Source: Vitrella brassicaformis CCMP3155
Taxonomy: Eukaryota; Protista; Chromerida
Reading direction: 5' to 3'
Length of the DNA stretch: 64,000 bases
Assembly: GCA_001179505.1 (NCBI GenBank)
Contig: CDMY01000328.1
Location: 1-64,000 of the forward strand
Shown: piece after piece, positions 35,020 through 47,788 of the stretch
Layout of the letters: the number at the start of each line of letters is the position of its first letter
Position numbering within the stretch: the stretch's first letter is position 1
The notes under the pieces: model-generated
The model's input: the letters and a program-made list of their open reading frames with translations, nothing else
What the model was told of the DNA's origin: nothing
Databases searched by the model: none
Translations under genes and position numbers: made by a program

Positions 35020-38000
35020 TCACACTATCGGCATAGACGGCCTCCCCATTGCAGCCGGACACTTGAGCACCGCATCGCGTGCAATGGCGGGCGGCACCAG
35101 CTTGCCTAGCTTCTCCAGCCGCTCCTTCTCTATCTTGGCCGCCTCGTGACGCTTCGACAGCACCTCCCAACAGGCATGACACAAGCTCTGCTGCTTGCTG
35201 CATGCCGGAGAGTAACGGGGCATGGTGGGTGTGTGCGTGTCTGTTGCGGCGTGAGAGGGCAAGTGTGTAGCTGCCTGCGTACCAGGGAAAAAAGACGACC
35301 GATGGCGGCTCCGAGATGCACATGACGCAGGTACCCTTTGCCGGAGCGGAGAGGGGTGGTGCTGCACCACTGCCGGCCTCCAGCCGTGCCTGCGTGACGC
35401 TGGCCTCCTTGGTCAGTGATCTGATGTCCGCCTTGGCTCGTTTGATGTCCTGGAGGAATGCGTCGATGGCCGCTGCCGTGTCCAGAGAAGTGAGGCGCGC
35501 AGCCGTCAACCTGACATAAGTGGATGGATGGAGGGATGGATAGATGGATGGATGGGCAACACACACAGCAGGCGAGCAGGTGGGGGTTGACGAGTGGAGC
35601 GTCTTAAGAGTGTACCTACCGTGAGAGTGCCTTCTGGTGCAGTTTGGCGTGTTCTTGTGTGAGCTGCTGAATGGTGGGCTGCAAGGACACACTCGCTGCC
35701 AACACGGCAGAGATGCCGTCACGAAGCCTGCTCACACACCACACACACGCACCACACACACAGAGGGGGAAGGGTGGGACTGATTGGCCCTTCATGGTGC
35801 ACTGGCAGCCTGCCACTTACTCTGCGATGTCGCCTTTGCATCGCTGCACCATCTGCGTCAGCTCCCCCTCAGTCGCCAGCACGTCATCAGCCACCAGATG
35901 CGGTTCGCGAGAAACACCCGATGCACACGATGGCCTGACACAACCAGCATAACACGCATTCAGCAGTGAGTACTTTGAGCACGGCGCTCCTTCCTCCCCT
36001 CACCCAGCTGCAGGCGATGGCTTGGGAGTCGGTGGTCCGCCTCGCATGAGCATCTTCTTCTCCATTGCACGCTCAAAAAGATCGTCGAGTCGGTGCTCCT
36101 CAGCAGTGAGCCGCTCGTCGAAGGCACGCACCTCACCAGCCGTCGTCAGGGATAGCAAGGGATCTCGGTCCAAACTGGATGCACACACACACACGTAACG
36201 CCGGCCTGGTTTTGTCTCCGCCTGTGCTTTTGCCCCTTTACTTGTTGGTGATGCTTTCCTTGAGCCTGCGTATATCCTCACGTTGGTGATGGTTTCCTTG
36301 AGCCTGCGTATATCCTCACGCAGCGCTTTCTCGCGGTCTAGAGCCTCACAGTGTGAGCCGAGGACAGACGCATACCGACGCTCCAACCTGACAACGAACA
36401 CAGACCGACACCGACATGCATACGTGTCTGTGTCTGTCTGTCTGTCTATCTGTCCGGGTGTGTGTCTGTGTGGGTTTGCTCACCTCTCCTTCTCCGCAGC
36501 TGCCTGTCCAAGCTCATCCTTGAGCCCTGTGAGCCGTGTGTTGGGTCTGATGTGTTGGGGTGGCTGTGGTCGTCTAAGAGCGGCCTGGTCATCGATGGAC
36601 ACAGACGACTGAGACGATGATGAAGGCCGAGTGCTTGAGGAAGTCGACAACCTGACAGAGACGCACTCACAGGCAGAGAGGCAGTGTGTGCATACGACGG
36701 CGATGGAATATGGTTGCTGGGCTACTGGTCTCACCCATGCAGACGTCTGATGGATCCTATTGGCTTCGGGGGCATGGCCGTACCTCCCCTGTCGTGACAG
36801 ACACACACACATCCCAACACTGTCGCGTCTGCCATTCTTGTACAGTGCTCGTCTGTTGTCGCTCACAATGGGCCGTCTCGTGGTGTGTCATCTTGCTGCT
36901 GCTGGTTGGGCTTGCCCTTGCCCTTCCTCTTGCGAGTAGTGACTACGATGAAGCCATCATGCCCATCAGCCGCCGCCTCGGGGGCGCTCGCAGAAACACG
37001 AGTAACAGTCCTGTGACACACACAGACACACGATCCACCTTGTTCCTCCGACCGTCCGTCTGTGAGTGCCGCTGTCGCTTACCCTGGCTACTGTGCATAC
37101 GGGTCGACATGGTCGTAATGGCTATCGGCTATCGGTGCGGCATCCTCTCCGACAGCTCCCTCCTCGTCTACTGCCCCAGCTGCAGCGCTACCATCAACAC
37201 ACCTACCAGAGGGAATCGAGGCACGAGTCAGCCCACTGCCCCCCTCCCTTTGTTTGTGCAGTCAGTGTATGCCCCCACTTGTCAGATGAATCCGCATGAG
37301 TGGCCGCATTCGGTGCCCCCTTGCCCTTCTTGCCCTTGCCTCTGCCCTTGACCTGCTTTGACTTGTCCTTCTCTGCTGTCTCGTCGGCCGCTATCAGCTC
37401 GTCCAGGACGGCTGCCGCCCGCTCGTCCTCTTTCTTCTCAATGCGATCGAGCAACGTTAGCACACCAGGCAGCGTTGAGGCCTCGAGGTCGCGTGGATGT
37501 AAGCCGATGATGGAGCCGACCTCCTCTTGGCTCGGTGGGCACTTGTAGGCGTGTGGGGCGGCACCTGGCGGACTCGATGACCTGCATTGCATCCATACAA
37601 ATCGGGCGGGATTCATCACTCACTGTACAGACAGACTGTCTGTGTCGTTACTGACTGTGAGGGTCCCTTGTTCTTGCCCTTCTTGGACTTGGGCCGCTTG
37701 CCGGTGTCCTGCTTGTCGGTCTGGTCGTCACGAGGAAGGGCACGCAGCTTCTTGATGGAAGGGGACTGCACACCACACAGAAGGGAAGGCGAATTGGTTA
37801 TGCCGTGCTGCTTGTCGGCCTGTTACCTGTAGAATGCGTTGCGATATCTTGTTGTGCGGAGCGTTGGCCCCTACGCGATGCTCACCCTCCCTGATAGGAA
37901 GCGAGGGAGGGCGACTGCGTGTGTGTGGAATGTTTGAATGACGTGACTAGCGCACCTGATGAGGCCAAACTGCACCACCATGCCGCCAAAGAGTAACCTA

Positions 38001-39772
38001 ACTCGGGCGTTTTGGCGATGCTGGTACAGCGCGTCACACAACATCTCCACCATACCCAGGCCCATAATCACCGGCAGGACAATCTATCAACACGAGCACA
38101 CACGCGATGTTTGTATGTTATGTTCCAGAGCACTGTGTGGCCCCGCTCTGCCCCTCCACTAACCTTTGAGTGTCCATACACCAGGAGGCTATGCAGGCAC
38201 ACTATGGTGCCAGCGGCTCGTCCAGGGCTCTCCATCCATTTCGGGTTCCGCATCATCGCCGCGAGCATCTCAGGGAATCCAGCTCGAACCACCTCACAAC
38301 CATGACCAGCACCTGCCGGCACACAGACCCACGAACGACACACACAGATGTTTCCCTCCCTCGCTCGCTCCCTCCCTCCCTCCCTCCCCATCCACCCCTT
38401 TCGTACAGATGAGAGCGTGTGGAAGGTCAAGCGATTCTGTCATGAGAGCCATGTCCCTGATGTCCGTAAGCGCCCTCTTGATTGAGTCGGCGACGGTCTT
38501 GAGCGCTCCAGGCTCCGCCAGCAGCCGCTCGCACGGGCCTCCAGGCAGCGACACAAACGCCAACACATCGGGGCTACGCTCTGGACGTAGAAAGAACACA
38601 GCACATAAACAAAACGAAGATAGGTGTAGCTAGGTATGAGTGTGCAGGCGCGTCCGGCCTGTGAGCTTACCCCATTTCGCACAGTCACGGCCAACCACAC
38701 AGGGGACAATGAGAATCACACAGATGGACGCTCGCCACTGGAGGTTGTACGTTTCGCCATCGCCCGTGAGTATGTCCATGATGCGGTCTACGTGGCAGTC
38801 GTACACCTGCCTCAACAGCGAGAGAACGTCGGTCTCCACGCCACCCTCCACACCTGACAACGCAAGAGACACACCTCATGGAAGAAAGAAGAAGCATCGA
38901 AGCATCCACCCACCCACGCACTCACGCGTCTTTCGTCCGGTCTCTACCGCCTCGATGATCAGCTGGTGGAGCCATACGGCGCGCTTGAAGGCGGCAGAAC
39001 CAATCGAGTCGCCAGTCAGCATTGCGTCGAAGGTCCATGAGAGCACAGGCGTCCAGAGGGTGGCGGGAGGCTGCTCTGGCGAGCTGTCGTCAAAGAGGGT
39101 GTCGAGAAATCTCTCTCCAAATGGGTCCTCGGTCTGCGGCGGGATCTCCTTGTGGCAATTGTAGAAATCAACCACAAATTTGGAAGCCGAAATCGTTGAC
39201 CCGCCAATGTGGTCCAAGGATGGACGGGCCGTCCGCAGGCCCGCGAGCGAAGCTCTCACACACTGGTGCACGAGGCCACAGTGGTTGGTCAAGAGCGACT
39301 GGCGGGCACCAAGCCCCTCCATCAGTAGCCCTGTGATGATGCCAACGACTGCACTGGGCGCTGGGGCTGCGCCGTCGATGAGGAGGCTGGGTGGGACCAT
39401 GGCCAGGAGGCTGTCAAGGGAACCGGCAGCAGCGAGCGCCTGCTCGGCGAGCCACTTGGGATCCATCGACTCCACGGACCACCACCGCCCATTCTCGTCC
39501 CTGGCTGGCATATTGTTCCGACACAACGTCACGAGGAGGCAGGCGGCTGGCGTCGCGAGCTCGGGTGAACGACAGAGTGCCTCGAGCAGCGTCCGGAACG
39601 CTCCCGGATGGGCCGACAGCAGACGCCGCATCTCGTTCCACTGGACAGTGCCGGGTGGGACGCCGCACTTGACGATATCTCTGATGCTGCTGTCCCTGAC
39701 CTCCTCGCTGTCACTTGCCAGCCCTTGCACGACCACCCTGAACTGCTCAACGTCGAACGATGCGGCCGCCAT
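35020..39772 (-). CDS. Large lineage-specific protein: helical (ARM-like) N-terminus, Lys-rich linkers, coiled coil and degenerate C-terminal RING; possibly decaying
   Basis: ATG at 39772 (MAAASFDVEQF). Spliced exons lead to CVMCISEPPSVVFFP|CKQQSLCHAC...LKCPAA. Contains 38-nt and 7-nt tandem duplications. Confidence 0.6.
36244..36319. repeat. 38-nt tandem duplication inside an exon
   Basis: gttggtgatg[c/g]tttccttgagcctgcgtatatcctcac x2 with one mismatch. Confidence 0.95.
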
Positions 39773-39955
39773 GCTCAGCGTGCCTGAAATGCACAATGAC
39801 GCCACGCATGTAGCCTGCCATGTGTTGTTCGCCCGGGGCCCTGCTTTTCCACATTCCTTTTTTCTCACACTGGCAGGGCAGATGCCGCCGCAGCTACTTG
39901 AAATGCATGTGCGTGAGGTAAAGGACCAGATCCACCGTCGCCATGCCAGCTAACA

Positions 39956-40869
39956 GTGGCCTCGGCCCGAGCGCTTGCGAGCTTGAAACCATCCCAGTTT
40001 GTTTTGCTCCGTCCGAACCTGCTGCTGAATCGCTGCCTGGATGTCAGCAATGAAGAAAAGAGAGGAGATCCATCTCTAGTATATTCTAGTGCGTTTCTTT
40101 CGCCGTGTTTCGTTTTTGGTTGCAGGAGTGAGTCATCTCGTCAGCGTGCTGTGAGTGCCTTCGGTCTGCACGTGCTGCCCTATGCCGTCGGCGCCGCCGC
40201 GTATGTATACTTCCGGGAGAGATCTCTTGTGGGCGATGAACAGTTAGCACAGCACTGCATCGTGGCATGGTCAGACGGTCGACCACCAAGGGCAAGGGCA
40301 GCTCAGGTGAGGAGTGCATAGTGTGCGTCGGTGTGTGTCTGCAGCCGTCGAGTGCACAGCTCATCAGAGGATAACGAGGTCAGCAATAGAAATGCATGAT
40401 ACACTCGACCGTCAGTCCGTCTAACTGTCTGTGTGTGTCTGTCTGCCTTTGTGCCCCATTGCAGAGAGTGTCATCGTTCCTCGACCGCTTCAAGGCCTTC
40501 GCGCTGGCCTCCAACGGCTTCTTTCGCTCATCCCTCTTCGCATCAGACAGGCAGCCCCTCACCCCTTCCCCCCGCCCCGCAGAAGCAGACACTACGACAG
40601 ACAGCCAACCGGACACACAAGAGCACCAGCCGGCGTCCTCTCACCCTGTCGAATGGCTCTATATGGAGGAGTGGATGTCGCCTCGGGCGGCCAAAGCAGC
40701 CATCGAGAGCGACGCGTACAGGCAGCTGCAGGGTGAGGCCGCTAAAGGGGGGCTGCAGGGGCGGCCGGCGATATACCTGCCTGTGTTGGCGTGTCTGTCT
40801 GAGCGTGTGATGGGGGCGAGGAAGGTCAGGGAGGCGCGGGAGAGCATTTGGAAGGCATTATTTACTTAA
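39956..40869 (+). CDS. Hypothetical multi-exon protein, start uncertain
   Basis: Exons AVSAFGLHVLPYAVGAAAYVYFRERS and RVSSFLDRFKAF...EWLYMEEWMSPRAAKAAIESDAYRQLQ...WKALFT*. The EEWxS..A motif is weakly reminiscent of dimeric alpha-beta barrel proteins. Confidence 0.45.
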
Positions 40870-41096
40870 GAGAGGAGGGTGGATGAGTTGGCACGGCTGA
40901 AGAGGTTGCTCTGTGTTAGTGATGTGACCATTGATAGTCAATGCTCATCCATCCATCCCTTGTCCAATAATCAATCAGCACCCACCCACAAAAAGCCCGA
41001 GGCGCACCGCACGCCATCTCACCATACACACTCCCACCCCACTCGCCCGTCCACTCCATCCCATCAGTCACATGCCATGCCCATCTAAACGTCCAT

Positions 41097-42217
41097 CTAC
41101 CCGAGGTGTGCCGGCAGATGTTTTCTACACTTTTTGAGATTCACGTTCTTGTCGTGTGGCGGATCACGGGGCCTATAAGGAGGACGTTCACACACAAAGA
41201 GCACAGCACAGCACAGAACACAACGCAACGCATGGATGATCCATTCCATGCATCTGCCCACCCACCAGATCAGTCAGTCCATTGCCATGCACATACGTAC
41301 TGACTTACTTGAGTATTCTGGTAGGGCAGACCCATCTGAATCTGAACCAGTTCTGCCGGTGGGTGAACTCAAACCCACGCAGACGCTTCCGCTTCTGGCT
41401 GTCCTGCAGACAGACGTCGTGTTGCAACACATCACACCACACAACACACACACATACACGGATGGATAGATGGATGGATGAGCAGCGGTTCAGTCAGCAA
41501 CTTGGATGAGTGCATCCATCGCATCTCTCACCCACTCACCCCATCTCGGTACGCCTTGCCGTATCGCCCACACATCCTGTTCTGCCAGCCAAACCTGATT
41601 GATACACACAACACGAAGCACCCATCCATCCCATGACAGGAATGACAGACACACACACAGACCAATGAATGCGCTTCCTCCCCTCCCGCATCGCATCCAT
41701 CTCGCCCCGTTCGTGTGGCCGTCCATCAGCCAGCCCATCCATCCATCCACTGCACTGACCTGGTGAGTCTGAATCTGAGGTCGAATCGTGAGTGGGAGTG
41801 GGACTTCCACTGGCCCATCGCACCGTACCGCTTCTTGCGGTAGGCCTTGTGGATGCGGTGACGCAGCCGATGCAACACCCAATTGATGTTGAACCGAACC
41901 TGGTACGCACGACGCTGACCGACGCTTGACGCAAGGGGGGAGGGGGAGGAAGAGGGGCGGGGGGAGGGCGGCAGCCGACGCGAGAAGAGTGGAAGGCCGC
42001 CATGATGGAGCAGACTGGAGCACTGGTGCGATGGACTTGGACAGGGCGCAGGGCAGCGAGTTGGACGAAATGACACGCACGGGGAAGAGAAGAGTGAGGC
42101 CGTCGTCAGCGATAGGCGCCGGGCTCTTCTTGCTGACGCCAGATCACTGCAGAGCGCCGCTCCCGAGCTCCGATGAAGCAGATGCAGCATTGGGCTCACA
42201 ACTCGCCGAGTTGCCAT
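41097..42217 (-). CDS. Probable mitochondrial ribosomal protein bL35m with long presequence, 4 exons
   Basis: Spliced WKSHSHSRFDLRFRLTR|FGWQNRMCGRYGKAYRDG|DSQKRKRLRGFEFTHRQNWFRFRWVCP aligns by eye with the L35 pattern K....KRF..T..G.....S.KRKRLR...P. The N-terminus is Arg/Ser-rich and lacks acidic residues. Confidence 0.55.
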
Positions 42218-42652
42218 CTCTGAAACCAGGCCTGCTTCTCAAGATCATCACCTGCATCTGCGAGCTAAGCGAAGTGCGAGCTTCGACGAAGGAAACTAAT
42301 GATGAGATTTGGTGAGCGGAGGGGCGAAAGATGCAGCGGATGAGCGTCCTGCTTGAATCCGTGTTGTGTTTGCGGCGTTTCTTGAAGCTTTCAGGTGCGT
42401 ATGTGCGGTGAGAGTTGGATGAGGTGCATCTTGGGCAGCCCCATAGCAGCAGTTGAAGCCGCATGCGCGTCAACATCGCATGCATCCCTGACTAAGCCTT
42501 GTTATCGTTGAGAACGAACGCCTCGTCCATCGAGTTACCCCACTCACCCACCCATCAGCTGCAGTCCCTCTCCCCTCCCCCCTTCCCAGCCACCGGAGGG
42601 CCCTCCCTGTCCTGTTTGACCAGCAACCACCACCAGCACCCACTCAGTCACA

Positions 42653-44784
42653 ATGGCGTCTGCCGAGGTGTCCCCCCTGACGGCCCCCGACTCGTTTGTC
42701 AAGACGATGCCGTCCATCGACCCATCGCTGCCGATGAACGACCTCATGGTGGCGTCGGTGGACCCCATCAACGGGTACATCCTGGAGAAGTTCGGCGGGA
42801 CGGCCAAGGTGGTGTGTCAGATGTCCGACACCAAGGGCCGCATCATCGTCTCCAACTGCCACATCTCAAAGGGCGAGGTCATCTTCGTCGAAACCCCACT
42901 GCACGCCGTCCAGGAGGACAGGAACAACGAGGCCTACAAGCTCGTCCAGAAGCTGCAGCGCAAGGGCGAGTGGGACTTTGAGCCCCTCTGGTACTGGTGC
43001 GCACTCAAGTCGGCACTCCTCACCAACACCGCCGAGCAGCAGCAGCAGTCGTCACCCAAGAGCAAGACGGCCAAGGCACAGCCATCGGGGGCCAAGGGCG
43101 GCAAGGTCGGCAGTGGTGGTGGTGGTGCAGCAGCTGCGGCAACTGTGCCCAAGGCGGGCAAGGGTGCCACCGGTGGTGTGAACGGTGTGCCGTGGAGCAC
43201 GACGCTGCTCAAGAGCCATATCACGCGCATTTTGCCGAAGATGCAGGAGCGGCTGCTGATGCTTTTCGCACCGGACAAGGTGGCCCCGTCTCGGGCCGTC
43301 AAGAAGCTCGTGACGGCCTTCGACCTGGCTGGCGAGGTCAACGAGGCCAAGCTCGAGAAACTACTGCAGGTCAGCAACACAACACAAGACAACACACCTG
43401 CACACCTGTGTATGTGTATATGCATCAGGTGTGGATCCACAACTGTTTCGAGCACGAGGACGATCCCGTGGGGTACGCCGTGTTCTTCCTGCCGTCGTTC
43501 CTCAGCCACGCGTGCGACCCCAACGCCGTGTGGCACTACGACGAGGCGTCGCGCTTCGTGCTGCGGGCGCGGCAGGACATCCGGCCGGGCGACGAGGTGT
43601 GCGTGTCGTACGTCAGCGAGGAGGGGCTGTTCGAGCCCTCACACCTGCGGCGGTTCATGCTGCACAAGACCAAGGGATTCATCTGTCTCTGCCCCCGATG
43701 CACCGCACCATACGACAAGTCGCGGGGCTTCGTCTGCCCGCGGTGCCGCAAGGGCACCGTGTTCCTCACGCCCAACGACTCCCTCATCAAGGACCTGCAG
43801 CAGGCATCCGCATTCATCGACCACCACCAGAAGCCCCAAGGCAAGGACGGCAAGGACGACAAGTCAGCCGCACCGCCACCGCCAGCAGCAGCAGCATCGG
43901 CGGCGGCCAGCTCGTCCGACCCACCCGCCCCCACACCACAATCACACACCACCTCCCCGTCGGCCATCCGCGCGTACGTGTGCACGTCTTGCGGTGCTCA
44001 CATAGACAATTTGGCGAAGCATGCGATGCTCAAGCAGGAGCGGCACTGGGTGAGCCAGCTGCGGCGGATGAGCGGTGAGGAGGATGAGTTTCAGGACGAC
44101 CACCGCGACCAGGAGATCCTGTGGCGTCAGAAGCACGGCAAGGCGGCCCCCCTGCCGCCACACATCACCGTCCCGCTGCTCAACCAGGAGAACATGAAGG
44201 AGCACCTCGAGGCCGCCGAGCGGGAGGAGCAGAAGGACCTCGACGAGGGGGAGCCCGAGGGCGACGACAAGTACGCCGGGCTGGTGACGCTGCCCATGGA
44301 TCTGCAGGGGAGGATGGACAAGGAGGTCAAGGCCATCTTCACACAGCACTGGGCCGCCATGAAGTGGCACGGGCTCCTCCACGACTTCTCCGTCATGAAG
44401 CGCCACAAGGACTACGTCGCCGCCGTCGACCACATGCGCGCCCGCCTGGACCTGCAGTACAAGATGTTCGACGGCGACGCGGGCAGCGTCGGTTGGGCCC
44501 TGGAGGAGCTCTCCACCACCCTGCTGCGCAAGGGGGGGTATGGGGGCACGGGCAAGCCGTCGCGCAACACACGCTACGCCCGTCCGAGCGGCAACGAGCG
44601 CGAGGAATCGCTGCAGGTGCTGACGGAGGCCTACGCCATCATGTCGCGGCTGTTCGGTCAGGAGCACGAGTACACCGAGCGCATCACACAGAGGAGGGAC
44701 ATGGTCCAGGCTGCCGTCAGGTCAGTCACCACATGCACTGCACAGGGTGGGGGACGGGAAGCCATGCCATGTGTGGCTCTATGC

Positions 44785-44829
<45 letters not shown>

Positions 44830-44933
44830 ATGTCAGGAAATCAGCGTTGAGCGCGTCGCTATCGTTGGGTGCTGGGAAGGGGGGCAGCAGCGCCGCCGAG
44901 GCCACCAACCAGAAGAAACGACCCGCCGAGTGA
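42653..44933 (+). CDS. SMYD-type split SET-domain lysine methyltransferase, 3 exons
   Basis: KGRIIVSNCHISKGEVIFVETP (SET-N), FLPSFLSHACDPNA, RARQDIRPGDEVCVSYV, post-SET FICLCPRC and a helical C-terminal domain. Confidence 0.9.
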
Positions 44934-45600
44934 ACAACAACACAACACACCGCGGCGATGCATGAATGCATAAATGCCTGAGTGGATGGATGGATGGCGA
45001 TCGGTCACAGAGCGACAGACACAGAGAGTGTATGGTGTGTATGATTTGCTGCATGCCTGCCTGCCTTCTTTTCTGGCTGCCTGGGGGGGTGGAGGGGTGG
45101 GGGGTGGGTAGATGAGATGGGTGTTGGTCTGCACAGCACAAAGCAAAGGGGTGGGGTACATGACATGAGTTGTGTGCAGTCACTCAGTGTGTGGGCTGGA
45201 TTGATTCAATGACTAGGTCTGCCCTTCTTGTGCAGCTGGGTAAAAGTCAGTGCATTATATTGCGTTGCTTTTGCTTTCCTTTGGTTTAACTAACGATAGC
45301 GAATGGATGGATGTGAAGTGAATGAAGAAGTAAATAAATGGACTAACTGACTGATGAGACAGACCATTCATTATGCGGACTTACGGCTGACCTGACCACT
45401 CAAACGATTGGTTTCAACCATGTCTGGTCTGCTCACAACGAGCTCGACAAATAGAGGTTAGGTCAGCTAGCGACATCGGCACCACCAGGCGCTTACACAC
45501 AAATAAGGCAGCCAGGCCAGGCCAGCGAGCGCCACAACAAAACAAATACTCTCACAGGTTGATTGAGCCATACACCACATACACCACATCTAAATATATG

Positions 45601-47643
45601 TCAATCAACCCTGGCCCTCTTTACAAGCGGCTCGTGAAGCTCCTCGTCCATGATTGAGCCCAGCAGGGCGACGTAAGGCCGTTTCTCGTTCTCCTGCGGT
45701 TCCTCGTACTCATGCACCGCAATAGCCGCCAACCGACCCCGGTCACCCAGGCACGCAACGCGCCGGAGGAAGGCCGGGATGTCTCGCCTGTGGGCTTCAA
45801 GCACCTCGATCTCAAAGGCCGCCTGCATGATGCCCTCATACAGCCAGGGGGGAAGGGGTGCGTCGCGCCCTCGTGAGGCAAACCAGTGCGTCAAGAGGCG
45901 CAGGGGCGACACGTGAGGTGCCTTCACATGAGCCAGATGCAGGCCCATGTACTCAGCCACCTGCAGACAAGCGCCATGAAACGAACACCACAACACCTTA
46001 GGCGTACGTCATCGCCGCCTCTTGCTAACAGTCAGTGCGCACCTTTCTGCGGATGGCGCTGCCGATGGCTTGGATATCGTCCCATTTGGCCTCCAAAATC
46101 CTGGCGCGCAGGCAGGTGAGCACCAGGCATCGCAGAGGGAGCTGACGGATCGTCAAGGTGGCTTGCACGTCCTCCACTTTGGTCTCCTTGCCCTGGAAGC
46201 TCGCTTTGTCCTTGAATGGCAGCCAGAACGTGAAGGCAGTCCTCTTGTTGCTGCCGAGCAGCCCCATGGCGAACAGCCGCATCGGCCGCCCAGTGGCGGG
46301 ATCGACGTGGCTGTCGAAAGACCTGCTCGTTGTGCCCACGGCACGTCCGTCGATGGTCAGGTTGGCGGCGCACGAGAAGCAGCAGACACCTGAGTCCTCT
46401 GTGGAAGGTAGGTAGGCCACTCGAATGGCAAACGAGTTGACGGTTTTCCATTCGTAAGGTGACGTTCTCGAAGTCCTCGGGGGTTTCGGCAGCGCTGGGG
46501 TGGCCGCCGACCATGAAGTGCTCCCCAGTGAGCTGAGAGCCGGCCAGGGAGACGTCGAAGCCACGATCCCTGAACTCCTTCTGGTTAACCAGAGGCTGGC
46601 CGGGATGCTCAATGTCAGCGGTAAACTCCTCCCAGATGCACTCTGACTCGAACAAGACAGCAGCCTGCAAACACACACACATACCGATGGTTGCAAGTGC
46701 CTGCCTGCCTCGCTGTCTGTCGGCGCAGGGCACCGACCGCCTCAGTGAAGTTGCTGGTGCCCGTTGCCTCGATGAGAAACCGCTCAAGGCTTTCGAGCGG
46801 CACTCTGCATGTCCTGGCCTCTTATCATGACGGACAGGCGGCTCAGCAGGCGGGCAACCAACATCCGACGCACACCACCACCATCGGCCTGCTGTGGTGC
46901 CTCCCACACAGCCGCAACTTGATCGGCGTGCTCCAGAATGATGGGGGCAGAGGCACGCACCAGCTCGACAGTGTGGACACATATCAGCCTGAGGAGAACA
47001 CCGCACCGCACACATCAGGTCAGGTGGGGTGGCCCGTATGCAGCGTTTGTGCGTGGGGGAATGAGTGTGGCGTACGCAATGAGAGGGCGCTCGAATGCTA
47101 TCCTGACCATCTCCCGCCACAAGCTTTCATCCTCCTGCCAGCGGTTGCGAAGGATCTGGACAGACACCAGGAAGCGCAACAGGCAACCTGTGGTCGATGT
47201 GACCCCAGTCCCATGCGAATATGTGTGTGTGTCTTCTTCCTTCCACTCACCTTCTTGCTGATCGATTCGACGAGGGCATCCTGGTCTTTCGCCTCGAGGA
47301 AGTCCAGACCGATGAGACACTCCAGCAGATTCTGCCGAGTCATGTCCCGCAGCATGTGTGTCTTGGTCTGCAGCACCACGGCAGCCACCGGCCGAGAGAT
47401 CTCCTTGATTCTCACTGTGCGGTTCGCGGACTCCTGGAAGTCGCCATCAAACAGCTGCAGGACCAAATAGAGTGACAGCAGATGCAATCAGGTGGTACCT
47501 GTCCCTCTGAATGGCATGAGTCAACAAAGCATTCTTTCCCTTACGGCTTGGAAGAAGCCATATTGCTGTGCGACGGTCTCCGATATGGCCAACGTGTCCT
47601 CACAGCCCTCAAAGGCGACGAGAATGGGCTGGTCCTCGGCCAT
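45601..47643 (-). CDS. BTB/POZ-domain protein with a downstream beta-rich (MATH-like) region, multi-exon
   Basis: YGFFQA|LFDGDFQESANRTVRIKEISRPVAAVVL...MTRQNLLECLIGLDFL fits the BTB consensus. Downstream exons continue to KRARVD*. Confidence 0.75.
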
Positions 47644-47788
47644 CGCGCCGACACAGATGCTGTTGCAACAGACTATCAGATGTGGCTGAGAAGGCCTCCC
47701 ATAGCCTTTGTTGTGACCCAACGATCCACTCGAAAGCTCGCATGCCGGTCGAAGAAGGTGCCGGTTGTAGAAATCCATCGCATCGTTG

